Below the pieces are notes generated by a model. That model did not search any database and had not been told where the DNA came from. It saw only the letters and a list, made by a program, of their open reading frames with translations. A stretch of 64,000 nucleotides of DNA from a phage. Of the stretch, positions 56,357 through 64,000 are shown piece by piece. The stretch's first letter is position 1; every line of letters begins with the position of its first letter. The translations under genes and the position numbers were made by a program. The stretch lies in the sequence record NC_135728.1. One strand, given 5' to 3'.

Positions 56357-56826
56357 ATGTTGTTAATATTATAGAGTGTAGCATGGTTGACGGCCCAGGC
56401 ATTAGGACAACGGTGTTCTGTTCTGGTTGCCCACATCACTGTGTCGGTTGCCAAAACAAAAGTGTTTGGTCACCAGCTAAAGGTGAACCGTTAACAAATG
56501 ACACTATTGAGAGTATACTTCACTCTATAGAGCCGAAACATATTACTGGCGTTACATTATGCGGTGGCGAACCTTTAGCGCCTTACAATATCGATGGTAT
56601 GTACTCGATCATTCGCGCTATCCGTGAACGCTTCGGCAACACAAAAACTATCTGGGTGTACACAGGGTATTTGTTTGAAGAGGTTCCCGATCACATTAAA
56701 GATAGTGTCGATTACATTATGGATGGTAAGTACGAAAAAGATAACCCTACCAAAAAAACCTTCAGAGGTAGTGATAACCAAAGAATGTTTAAAAAGGTAG
56801 CAGGCGGTTGGGTTCAGGTTGACTAA
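56353..56826 (+). CDS. nrdG: anaerobic ribonucleotide reductase activating protein (radical SAM)
   Basis: N-terminal CSGCPHHCVGC cysteine cluster; follows nrdD. Confidence 0.85.
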   Translation: MNVVNIIECSMVDGPGIRTTVFCSGCPHHCVGCQNKSVWSPAKGEPLTNDTIESILHSIEPKHITGVTLCGGEPLAPYNIDGMYSIIRAIRERFGNTKTIWVYTGYLFEEVPDHIKDSVDYIMDGKYEKDNPTKKTFRGSDNQRMFKKVAGGWVQVD

Positions 56827-56829
56827 TTG

Positions 56830-56859
56830 TTGACAAAGCTTTGTTAAGTTGGTTATAAT
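56830..56859 (+). promoter_or_regulatory. sigma70-like promoter
   Basis: TTGACA (56830-56835), 17-18 bp spacer, TTATAAT; followed by RBS GAGGAGG and ATG at 56883. Confidence 0.6.
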
Positions 56860-56882
56860 TAGGAAAGCAGAGGAGGTGCCAA

Positions 56883-56996
56883 ATGGCTAAAAAAGCCTTG
56901 AAGAAGGCGTACAAAAAAGAAATTGCGCTTGAGCTTAAGAAAAAACACAAGCGTGAAAAGAAACATCATGAGGATGAAGAGGGGGTGCAACAGTGA
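56883..56996 (+). CDS. small highly basic protein (37 aa)
   Basis: Not in ORF track (short); strong promoter and RBS upstream; MAKKALKKAYKKEIALELKKKHKREKKHHEDEEGVQQ. Confidence 0.45.
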   Translation: MAKKALKKAYKKEIALELKKKHKREKKHHEDEEGVQQ

Positions 56997-57343
56997 CACA
57001 AGAACGTATCGATTTGGCTAATAAGTTTGTAGATCTCATTTTGCCACGGTTAGTTACTCAACATGCAGACGCTATTTCTACTAATCTTGATGGCTTACGC
57101 CTAATGCTGAATCGCACAGATGACCCTCGTATTCGGGCTGATTTAGAAGCCTCTGCCAACAAACTGGAAAAGTTCTTGCAAGTAGACACGCAAGAAGCCT
57201 TACACAAGATTATGGTGGAAGGTTTCTCTAAAGAATTTACCATTAAAGAGCTTAAGGAGCTGATCCACCAAGAAGAGATGAATATCCGAGTTCAGGCTGT
57301 TGCAAGCAGCATGGAAGCGGCTATTGAAAAACTGTTGCAGTAA
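56993..57343 (+). CDS. hypothetical protein (116 aa)
   Basis: ORF track (GTG start overlapping upstream stop). Confidence 0.45.
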   Translation: MTQERIDLANKFVDLILPRLVTQHADAISTNLDGLRLMLNRTDDPRIRADLEASANKLEKFLQVDTQEALHKIMVEGFSKEFTIKELKELIHQEEMNIRVQAVASSMEAAIEKLLQ

Positions 57344-57381
57344 AAGTACTTGACACATCTCAATCTGAAAGGAGTCCCAAC

Positions 57382-58170
57382 ATGGGTCGAGCTAAAGAAA
57401 CAAAACGCATGCGTGATGAAGCTAGAGAGGCTCGCAAATCTGATCGCCTGCGTAAGGCTGCTGAGAAATTTGCTGACGAACGAGAGCACACAGCTCCAGC
57501 TCTCCGACCAATGAATAAAAAGCAGCAAAAGTATCTTGATTATCTAGGGTCACGTAAGATTATTATTGTAAACGGTGTGTTTGGATCCGGTAAGACATTC
57601 ATGGCATCTGCATATGCAGGTGATCTTCTGCGTAAGAACGAGATTGATAAGATCATTGTTGCACGTCCTTACGTTCAGACAGGAAAGACTTCAGGATTTA
57701 AACCTGGAAATGCAATGCAGAAACTGTGGCCCTATCTTAGAAGCATGATGGACACGATTTGTCGTCGTGTTGGCAAAGGTGCTTTTGCCGCAATGCTGGG
57801 AGACGGTCAGAACAGCCGTATCGAGATTTGTGAGGTTGAAAGCATTCGTGGTCGTAGTTTCGATGAGCGATGCTTTGTCCTGATTGACGAGGCACAGCAA
57901 ACTAACCCTGAAGAAATGTTGTCAATTATCACAAGGATCTCTGATCAGGCCACTCTTGTAATTATGGGAGATAATAGTCAACGTGACATCCCTGGTAAAT
58001 CTGGCCTTGCATGGGTGACAGATTTCTTTACTCGTCATCCAGATCCTGAGGTTGGAATGATCAGCTTTGATAGTCCAGACGATGTCGTTCGTTCCGGGTT
58101 GGGTCGTCAGATTGCACTCAATCTTATTGAGGATCGTGCAAATCATATTTGGACCCCTGTTTCCGAGTAA
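57382..58170 (+). CDS. phoH: PhoH-like ATPase
   Basis: Walker A GVFGSGKTF and Walker B-like FVLIDEAQ in PhoH arrangement. Confidence 0.8.
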   Translation: MGRAKETKRMRDEAREARKSDRLRKAAEKFADEREHTAPALRPMNKKQQKYLDYLGSRKIIIVNGVFGSGKTFMASAYAGDLLRKNEIDKIIVARPYVQTGKTSGFKPGNAMQKLWPYLRSMMDTICRRVGKGAFAAMLGDGQNSRIEICEVESIRGRSFDERCFVLIDEAQQTNPEEMLSIITRISDQATLVIMGDNSQRDIPGKSGLAWVTDFFTRHPDPEVGMISFDSPDDVVRSGLGRQIALNLIEDRANHIWTPVSE

Positions 58171-58214
58171 CACAGAAGGGTGGTTATTCCACCCTTAGAT
58201 ATCTAAAACAGTTG

Positions 58215-58243
58215 TTGACAAATAGGTAAGCTTTAGATATTAT
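58215..58243 (+). promoter_or_regulatory. sigma70-like promoter
   Basis: TTGACA (58215-58220), 17-bp spacer, TATTAT (58238-58243); RBS AGGAGAAGGAG before ATG 58269. Confidence 0.6.
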
Positions 58244-58268
58244 TATCGGACAAGGAGAAGGAGATAGT

Positions 58269-58580
58269 ATGGCTACAGTACAAGAGAAACTGAATAAAAT
58301 ATACTGCCTGTTTGTCTATAACGGCGAGACAATTCTGGCATATAAAGGATCCAAGAATGTATGGATCAAGGACAGTGGTGGTAATATAATCAACTTAGCG
58401 TTGCTACGTGAGCGCCGACACAGATTCTTTATCGAGTCTCGGATTATTGAAAGCAGCACCTGCTACAGAACAGGCGATAAAGTAATTGTTGACAATGATA
58501 CGTGGTATGTGGTAGACTGGCAATCATTGAGCTGTGATGCTTCTGACAATCGTAAGTATTCTATAGTGATTGCTAAATAA
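58269..58580 (+). CDS. hypothetical protein (103 aa)
   Basis: ORF track with promoter and RBS. Confidence 0.5.
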   Translation: MATVQEKLNKIYCLFVYNGETILAYKGSKNVWIKDSGGNIINLALLRERRHRFFIESRIIESSTCYRTGDKVIVDNDTWYVVDWQSLSCDASDNRKYSIVIAK

Positions 58581-58639
58581 AGGTAAATGTGAATCAGGTT
58601 TAATAAATAGCTTTCAACTTCCAATATTAAGGATTTCTC

Positions 58640-59689
58640 ATGAATTTAACACCTCGCAGCACCATGGTACACGGCATGAAAGAAAAACAGAACGGTTTCG
58701 AACCTATGAGTAATAAAATGTTTGGTATGCCAGGTGGTATTATGGAAACATACAGCTACCCAACACCAGTTGTTGACCACGTTCTTTATATCGACGATTT
58801 GGAAGACTTACAAGATCATATGTCTCGTCTACAGACGATCCGTATGGCTCAGCCGGAAGAAAGCATTCGGGTGATCATCAATAGCCCTGGGGGTTGCGTG
58901 CACATTGCAATGGCTTATCTGCAGGCATTCCGTGAGTCTCAGGCAAGCGTTGTTGCACATGCTGAAGGGATGTGCTGCTCTGCGGGAACAATCTTATGGC
59001 TGGGTTGCAAAGAGCGCACTGTTGCTCCGGACACAGAGTTTATGTTCCACTACTACCAAGGTGGCACCTATGGTAACGGTGTGAACATGAATACCCAGAT
59101 CAACTACTGGAAGAAACGTTTTGAACGCCTGATCGAAAAATACTACGGTGGGGTGTTAACAGAAGATGAGATCGCATCCATCACAGCTGGCGGTGAAGTG
59201 TGGTTAGATGGAGAAGAGCTGGCATCTAGAACTGGTGCTATCATTCTGGACGATGAAAACATTCAGCGCATTCAGAATGGACAGAAACCGAAAAAGCTTT
59301 TGGCAAAAAGTGATGAAGAAGGTGTGCTAGGCGAAGCAGGCCTGCCAGAGATTCACCAATGCACATCTCTGGACGAGCTGGTTCATGCTGTTGAGTCTGC
59401 AAAAGCAAATGGTATGAAAGATGATGTTCACACTGTGTTCCTGAATCTGCAGATGGAAAGTGGCGAGACAGTCAGGATCGCCCTGGGTGAAATTACTTCA
59501 GAAGATCTGCAGCGATTCTCTGTCGTCGAACTTCAGGATATTCTGTCTCAATTGAAGACTACTCTGAACGGCGGTGAAGAGGTTAAGGTGAAAGACAAGA
59601 CCCGCAAGCGTCTGATGGACAATATCATTAAAACAGCAAAAGAGCTCAATGAAAAAATCCTGGGTTCAGGAATTGTCGAAGAAGCTTAA
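58640..59689 (+). CDS. ClpP-like serine peptidase with acidic C-terminal extension
   Basis: ClpP-type motifs INSPGG and GMCCSAGT (Ser nucleophile context). Confidence 0.55.
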   Translation: MNLTPRSTMVHGMKEKQNGFEPMSNKMFGMPGGIMETYSYPTPVVDHVLYIDDLEDLQDHMSRLQTIRMAQPEESIRVIINSPGGCVHIAMAYLQAFRESQASVVAHAEGMCCSAGTILWLGCKERTVAPDTEFMFHYYQGGTYGNGVNMNTQINYWKKRFERLIEKYYGGVLTEDEIASITAGGEVWLDGEELASRTGAIILDDENIQRIQNGQKPKKLLAKSDEEGVLGEAGLPEIHQCTSLDELVHAVESAKANGMKDDVHTVFLNLQMESGETVRIALGEITSEDLQRFSVVELQDILSQLKTTLNGGEEVKVKDKTRKRLMDNIIKTAKELNEKILGSGIVEEA

Positions 59690-59700
59690 ACATTAATTCT

Positions 59701-59727
59701 AAAGCCCTCTTCGGAGGGCTTTTATGA
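59701..59727 (+). terminator. rho-independent terminator
   Basis: aaagccctcttcggagggcttt hairpin with UUCG loop followed by T-run. Confidence 0.6.
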
Positions 59728-59740
59728 TCTGGAGATTTGC

Positions 59741-60274
59741 ATGACTTGTGCTAGAAAACCTGATGAACAACGTAACGCATACGATGAGTATGTGACACCG
59801 GAGTGGTGTGCAGAAGGGCTGTATGACCTTATTCCGTTCCCAGAGGACTGGACCTACTTAGAGCCTTGCAGGAATAGTGCCTCAGGTGTGTTCTACTCCC
59901 GTATGCCGTTAGGATCTGCATGGGGAGAAATCCAAGAAGGTGTTGACTATCTGAATACAGAATACAACCATGTTGACTGTATTATCACCAACCCACCATA
60001 CAGTCTGGCCCGTGAGTTTGTAGACAAGGCGTTGAAAGATGCTGACGTAGTTATTATGCTTTTGCGTCTTAATTTTCTGGAAAGCAAAGCCAGATTTGAA
60101 TGGTGGCTTGATAATGCACCTACCACTGTGATCACAATATCTAAGCGTCCATCATTTCAATCAAATGGTAGAACTGACGGGCAAGCATATGCATATTTTG
60201 TGTGGGATAAGAAAAACCGTTTAGACTTGCCGCCATTTATGTGGTTGGCACCCCCAGAGGTAGACCTGAAATGA
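59741..60274 (+). CDS. DNA methyltransferase (amino-methyltransferase, NPPY motif)
   Basis: IITNPPYS catalytic motif; second methyltransferase in the window. Confidence 0.55.
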   Translation: MTCARKPDEQRNAYDEYVTPEWCAEGLYDLIPFPEDWTYLEPCRNSASGVFYSRMPLGSAWGEIQEGVDYLNTEYNHVDCIITNPPYSLAREFVDKALKDADVVIMLLRLNFLESKARFEWWLDNAPTTVITISKRPSFQSNGRTDGQAYAYFVWDKKNRLDLPPFMWLAPPEVDLK

Positions 60275-60555
60275 AAATGAGTGCTAAGGACAAATTACAC
60301 CAACTGGCGCTAAAACGTCCTGTAACGCTTCCTGACGAGCTTAACTCTATTTATGATGCGATTGTAGGGGAGATACAAAATAAAGCGTTAGCAGGCTTTC
60401 TGGGATGCGGATTTTCGATAAATCTACCCTCGCATCTCTCAGATTACTTCCCGCATATTGTTGGGGATTTGAGGGCAGGAGGTCTGCAGGTAGATGTTGT
60501 TGGCATCTCTCCAGAGAAAAATAACACGGTTGCCTACTTGACAGTAACTTGGTAG
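60271..60555 (+). CDS. hypothetical protein (start adjusted to ATGA overlap with upstream stop)
   Basis: ORF track 60241-60555; internal Met at 60271 overlaps the methyltransferase stop. Confidence 0.4.
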   Translation: MKMSAKDKLHQLALKRPVTLPDELNSIYDAIVGEIQNKALAGFLGCGFSINLPSHLSDYFPHIVGDLRAGGLQVDVVGISPEKNNTVAYLTVTW

Positions 60556-60566
60556 TTGTGTATTGT
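60538..60566 (+). promoter_or_regulatory. sigma70-like promoter
   Basis: TTGACA (60538-60543), 17-bp spacer, TATTGT. Confidence 0.45.
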
Positions 60567-60829
60567 TGTTATCAACAAGGGGGTCATTTATGTACAAGTC
60601 ATTTTCAATTTACTCAAGACAGGCGAAACATTACACAGAGATTCTAATCACTCAGAAAAAATCTGTAGAAGGTGAGTGGGAATATCATCATAAAATGTTG
60701 CGTCCAGACTGGGTTTTTGATAGGCTTATTGCTATGATCCCTCTTGGAGAAGTATACCCTCTGACAGGTCATAGGGATGCTTGGGATTTAATTGATTACA
60801 TAGATTCATTTAAGGAGCCTAGTGTATGA
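60563..60829 (+). CDS. hypothetical protein (88 aa)
   Basis: ORF track. Confidence 0.4.
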   Translation: MLLSTRGSFMYKSFSIYSRQAKHYTEILITQKKSVEGEWEYHHKMLRPDWVFDRLIAMIPLGEVYPLTGHRDAWDLIDYIDSFKEPSV

Positions 60830-61224
60830 AGATTGAGATCACTAAAGAAGGTAAGAAAGTGTCTGGCGATTATGCAACAGTAATTCGGGATGTAATGTTC
60901 GAAGTAACCCAGACTGGTACGTCTAAGGTTGGTCAAACGGTAAGTGTGCAAGGTAATATTGCCGCAGGTGAAAAGATAATCATCGTGATCAAAGGACAAG
61001 ACCCTGTGGAAGGAACAGTGGGCCGAGGAGGCTACCTGTGTATTTCTGAAGAACCTCGTATGCTGGTTGCTGATAACTCCACAGGTAAAAAGCGGGTATG
61101 TAACACGGACGAGGTGATGATTATCTATCCAGTCAACCCAGATGATCCGGCAACATGGATTGTGGGAAATGAAATCTTCTCTTTAGAAGAGTTATCCTTC
61201 CCAGCTCCGCGCTCTGTTCAGTAA
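60826..61224 (+). CDS. hypothetical protein (132 aa)
   Basis: ORF track; start-stop overlap. Confidence 0.45.
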   Translation: MKIEITKEGKKVSGDYATVIRDVMFEVTQTGTSKVGQTVSVQGNIAAGEKIIIVIKGQDPVEGTVGRGGYLCISEEPRMLVADNSTGKKRVCNTDEVMIIYPVNPDDPATWIVGNEIFSLEELSFPAPRSVQ

Positions 61225-61263
61225 TAATTTATCTTACCAGGGACGGTAGAAGTAGGAGGTAGC

Positions 61264-61497
61264 ATGAAAGTTAAATTTCTTACAGATTTAGGGTACCCTT
61301 CCTTGGTTGACTGTGTTGGTAAAATTGTGGAAGCAAAACGGCTATCTGCAAACGAGAATGTTGTCATGGTTAAGGGAAAAGATTTATTAGCTGCAGGTGC
61401 AGAGTCTGGCAGGGTCTCTCCTGACTATACGTATTACCTGTCTTTAAGTAATCTACCAGAACGAGGCGGCAAAGGCCTTGAAGTTGTGGAGGAGTGA
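61264..61497 (+). CDS. hypothetical protein (77 aa)
   Basis: ORF track; RBS AGGAGG. Confidence 0.45.
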   Translation: MKVKFLTDLGYPSLVDCVGKIVEAKRLSANENVVMVKGKDLLAAGAESGRVSPDYTYYLSLSNLPERGGKGLEVVEE

Positions 61498-62027
61498 CAG
61501 GTATGCTTCTGATTAACTGGGAAGACCTCTATGGGGACAAAGACCCTGTTGCGTTTGTTGATCGTAGATGGAGATATACTGAAGAACAACTGGCTGCAAA
61601 AAATTTAACTGCAAAACGCAGAAAGATCATCCAGTGCAAGTATAAATACGCACAGTTTGCTGCAAAAGTGTCTCCCCAAATCGAGAGCTTTGTGCTTAAA
61701 TTGTATGACGAGTACCTCAAATTCAAACTGGATTTTGTACAGGTATACCGTGCACAGATACGCCCAGATACCAGCATTTGTAGATGGAAGGTTGTTTGTG
61801 ACGGTAAAGATTTGCCACTCAGCTTGACAATTGAGCAGCGTTGGGGGTATCATGAGTGCGGTCTGTATGAGACTTGGGATGTCATTGTAGATCCTGCTAA
61901 GTACCTGAACACAGAGGAGCTGGAATATATCAATAAGGTTATTCTCGATATGTTTTTCAGATACACCTGTGAAAACTCTGAGAAAGAACGGGATAATTTT
62001 CTTGACACCATCAGCAACCATCTGTAG
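61494..62027 (+). CDS. hypothetical protein (177 aa)
   Basis: ORF track. Confidence 0.45.
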   Translation: MTGMLLINWEDLYGDKDPVAFVDRRWRYTEEQLAAKNLTAKRRKIIQCKYKYAQFAAKVSPQIESFVLKLYDEYLKFKLDFVQVYRAQIRPDTSICRWKVVCDGKDLPLSLTIEQRWGYHECGLYETWDVIVDPAKYLNTEELEYINKVILDMFFRYTCENSEKERDNFLDTISNHL

Positions 62028-62057
62028 TATACAATTTAACCTACAAAGGGAGGGCTA

Positions 62058-62294
62058 ATGAGTATAAATGTTGTGCTAATAGGTTACCTGGTAATAGCAG
62101 TTATAACAGCGGTATTCTTGACAGGTATATGCATCGTGTCTAGACGAAGGGTGAAGTTTGATGATTTTATCACCATCATCACTGCTGCACCTTTTTGGCC
62201 TATTGTTATCTTCATCGTAATAATGTGCCTAGTTGATTACTACAAGAATATCCGTAAGGAGAAAAAGGAGAGTAGGGATGGAGACCGCGCCTAA
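62058..62294 (+). CDS. small membrane protein with two predicted transmembrane segments (holin candidate)
   Basis: Two hydrophobic stretches (VVLIGYLVIAVITAVFLTGICIV and ITIITAAPFWPIVIFIVIMCLV) and charged C-terminus. Confidence 0.4.
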   Translation: MSINVVLIGYLVIAVITAVFLTGICIVSRRRVKFDDFITIITAAPFWPIVIFIVIMCLVDYYKNIRKEKKESRDGDRA

Positions 62295-62430
62295 AACTGT
62301 TTATACTGTTCTTAAAGAGATTGCGTTCTACGCAGATCTTAGCCAGGCACCTTTATGGGAAAAGAGCATGTATTTAAAATGGTGCGTTAATTTATGGAGA
62401 CCTTCCAGTGTTTCAAGCCATGTTTATTGA
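62278..62430 (+). CDS. hypothetical small protein (50 aa)
   Basis: Internal Met of ORF 62233-62430 preceded by strong RBS (AAGGAGAGTAGGG). Confidence 0.3.
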   Translation: METAPKTVYTVLKEIAFYADLSQAPLWEKSMYLKWCVNLWRPSSVSSHVY

Positions 62431-62513
62431 GATGCTATCTGGGGTATTGTTACTGGTAGCCATCTTAGGTGGTGCAGTTCTGATGTATAACTATCTTGAA
62501 AAAGGAGACAGCA

Positions 62514-62699
62514 ATGGCAAAAAATAAATCTTTAGAGCAGGCTGAAAACCTTCTCCACGAGCTAGTAAAGGAGTGGAAAGTTGAATACTCAGATTTTAAT
62601 GCACGAGAGGGTGAAGATTATTGGCCTACGGAGCGCTCAGAGGGCGAATGGTATCAAGATTTTATAGAGTGGTTATATCAGACGTGTGATGAGGGGTGA
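62514..62699 (+). CDS. hypothetical protein (61 aa; start at second Met with RBS)
   Basis: ORF track 62496-62699; AAGGAGA RBS precedes the ATG at 62514. Confidence 0.4.
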   Translation: MAKNKSLEQAENLLHELVKEWKVEYSDFNAREGEDYWPTERSEGEWYQDFIEWLYQTCDEG

Positions 62700-63157
62700 C
62701 GATGTTTGTTAAATATGTAAAAACGTGCCTCAACAGTCTTGGCAGAGAGCATTGGTACACCTTACTTGAAAAAGGAGAAATTTTAACAAAATCTGGAAAG
62801 ATAACTTTGATACCCTTGGACGATAAAGACCCGTCACTCCTTGTCATAGATGATTACGTTACAGGTGTGTCGTACGAGGTCTCTGTGGAGAGGTTAATAC
62901 GCAGATCTGGAGGTCCTTATGACCGAAGAGAGTATGTTTTCGATTCTGTTACAGAGAAGGAAGATCCGTCTCTAATGTTCAGGATGGTAATCAGAGATAT
63001 GAGGTCATCTATAGACAGGATCGTAAAGGACATTAAGGAGCCTTTTAGGGTAAAAGTTAAGAAGTTTTTTGATTCTAAGATTAACATACTTGCCGTTGTG
63101 CTAGGCGTAATTCAACTTCTGTTAATTTTGCACTATCTTGAACTGTTGTTTAAGTAG
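62696..63157 (+). CDS. hypothetical protein (153 aa), C-terminal hydrophobic segment
   Basis: ORF track. Confidence 0.45.
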   Translation: MTMFVKYVKTCLNSLGREHWYTLLEKGEILTKSGKITLIPLDDKDPSLLVIDDYVTGVSYEVSVERLIRRSGGPYDRREYVFDSVTEKEDPSLMFRMVIRDMRSSIDRIVKDIKEPFRVKVKKFFDSKINILAVVLGVIQLLLILHYLELLFK

Positions 63158-63217
63158 TGTGCAATAAGGCACAAAGGATGTGCCATAACTAAATAAACTA
63201 AGAAAGAGGTAGAGAGA

Positions 63218-63565
63218 ATGCCAAAGATTAAATCGATATTAATGTGGGTAGCTGTTGTGGCTTTTGTAGGATACTGGACTTGGGAAACTGAATTAAAAGA
63301 TATCGGATATACCAGTCTTGAGAACAAGGCGTGCATTGGCATAACCGATGCATTCAGGCAAAATGCTATGGATCACGAATGTGTCGATGCAGACATAGAT
63401 GAGAAACTGTCTAAGGACAAAGACTTCTACCACGGGTATGCTTTGCTTGATAGTGGAGACACTGTAGAGTTCTGGTCGTGGTTCCGTAAAGATGGAACAA
63501 TAAAAACAGCAGTAAAGATCTCTAACAAAGAGTTAATGCTGTTGCAGCAGAAGGAGGCTCAATGA
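63218..63565 (+). CDS. hypothetical protein (115 aa) with N-terminal transmembrane/signal-anchor segment
   Basis: ORF track; hydrophobic N-terminus ILMWVAVVAFVGYW. Confidence 0.45.
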   Translation: MPKIKSILMWVAVVAFVGYWTWETELKDIGYTSLENKACIGITDAFRQNAMDHECVDADIDEKLSKDKDFYHGYALLDSGDTVEFWSWFRKDGTIKTAVKISNKELMLLQQKEAQ

Positions 63566-63849
63566 TCTGGATATCCTATGCTGATGGCACCATGCTGTAT
63601 ACTGCAGGTACCAGATATGAGGTTCAGGAGAACGATAAAAAATTTATCGTAAGAACATTTGACAAGGACGACAACCTTTTGCTAGAATTAACTTACAAGG
63701 TTGGGGATGTATCTAGCATCCAGTTGGATTGCGGTCATAAAGATAACCCACTCAAGAAACCTGGGGTAGGTAAAGCTTCAGAAAAACGCCTGTCTCGTAT
63801 TGCAGAAAGCGTTTCTGCACAAAAATCTAAGAAGGGGACTAGAAAATGA
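63562..63849 (+). CDS. hypothetical protein (95 aa)
   Basis: ORF track. Confidence 0.4.
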   Translation: MIWISYADGTMLYTAGTRYEVQENDKKFIVRTFDKDDNLLLELTYKVGDVSSIQLDCGHKDNPLKKPGVGKASEKRLSRIAESVSAQKSKKGTRK

Positions 63850-64000
63850 AAAACTTACGTTTTAACACTTATTACTACAACACATTGAATGATTTGTATT
63901 ATATTGTTCGAAGTAAAAGTCCTGAAACAGTCCTATTCTGCCGCGAACCTTTCAAAGGGGAGGAAGTAGAGTCTGAGATGAATGTTAGCCATATTACCTC
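63846..64000 (+). CDS. hypothetical protein, 5' part only (runs off window end)
   Basis: ATG at 63846 overlapping the upstream stop; open frame to the window end. Confidence 0.3.
   Translation, partial: MKNLRFNTYYYNTLNDLYYIVRSKSPETVLFCREPFKGEEVESEMNVSHIT

Overview
This window reads as a tailed-phage genome segment: no rRNA, no CRISPR array and no host housekeeping genes. Positions 1-29900 carry a minus-strand structural/lysis module (large terminase, portal, scaffold, major capsid, sheath/tube contractile-tail genes, tape measure, baseplate with central spike, tail fibres, spanin pair). Positions 29950-30765 hold a minus-strand tRNA cluster (Pro, Met, Thr, Ser, Tyr, Arg plus one atypical tRNA-like gene). 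Positions 30860-34700 hold small minus-strand genes and a P-loop kinase/metallophosphoesterase pair. From 34774 onward a plus-strand early/DNA-metabolism module follows (Rnl1-like RNA ligase, Sir2-like protein, MazG-like protein, ATP-dependent DNA ligase, lambda-R-like endolysin, flap endonuclease, RuvC-like and EndoVII-like resolvases, DnaQ-like exonuclease, two DNA methyltransferases, ThyX, NrdA/NrdB/glutaredoxin/NrdD/NrdG, PhoH, ClpP-like peptidase). The strongest finding is an ORF-less group I intron (about 28103-28421) splitting the large terminase gene, with all four conserved P/Q/R/S core elements readable in the sequence. Other notable items are a split-polypeptide RNA-repair cassette beside the tRNA cluster, a zinc-ribbon-less sirtuin in the same operon, a four-copy palindromic repeat array, and two related GC-rich structured non-coding islands. 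All functional calls rest on motifs read by eye and recalled family signatures; no database search or folding was run.
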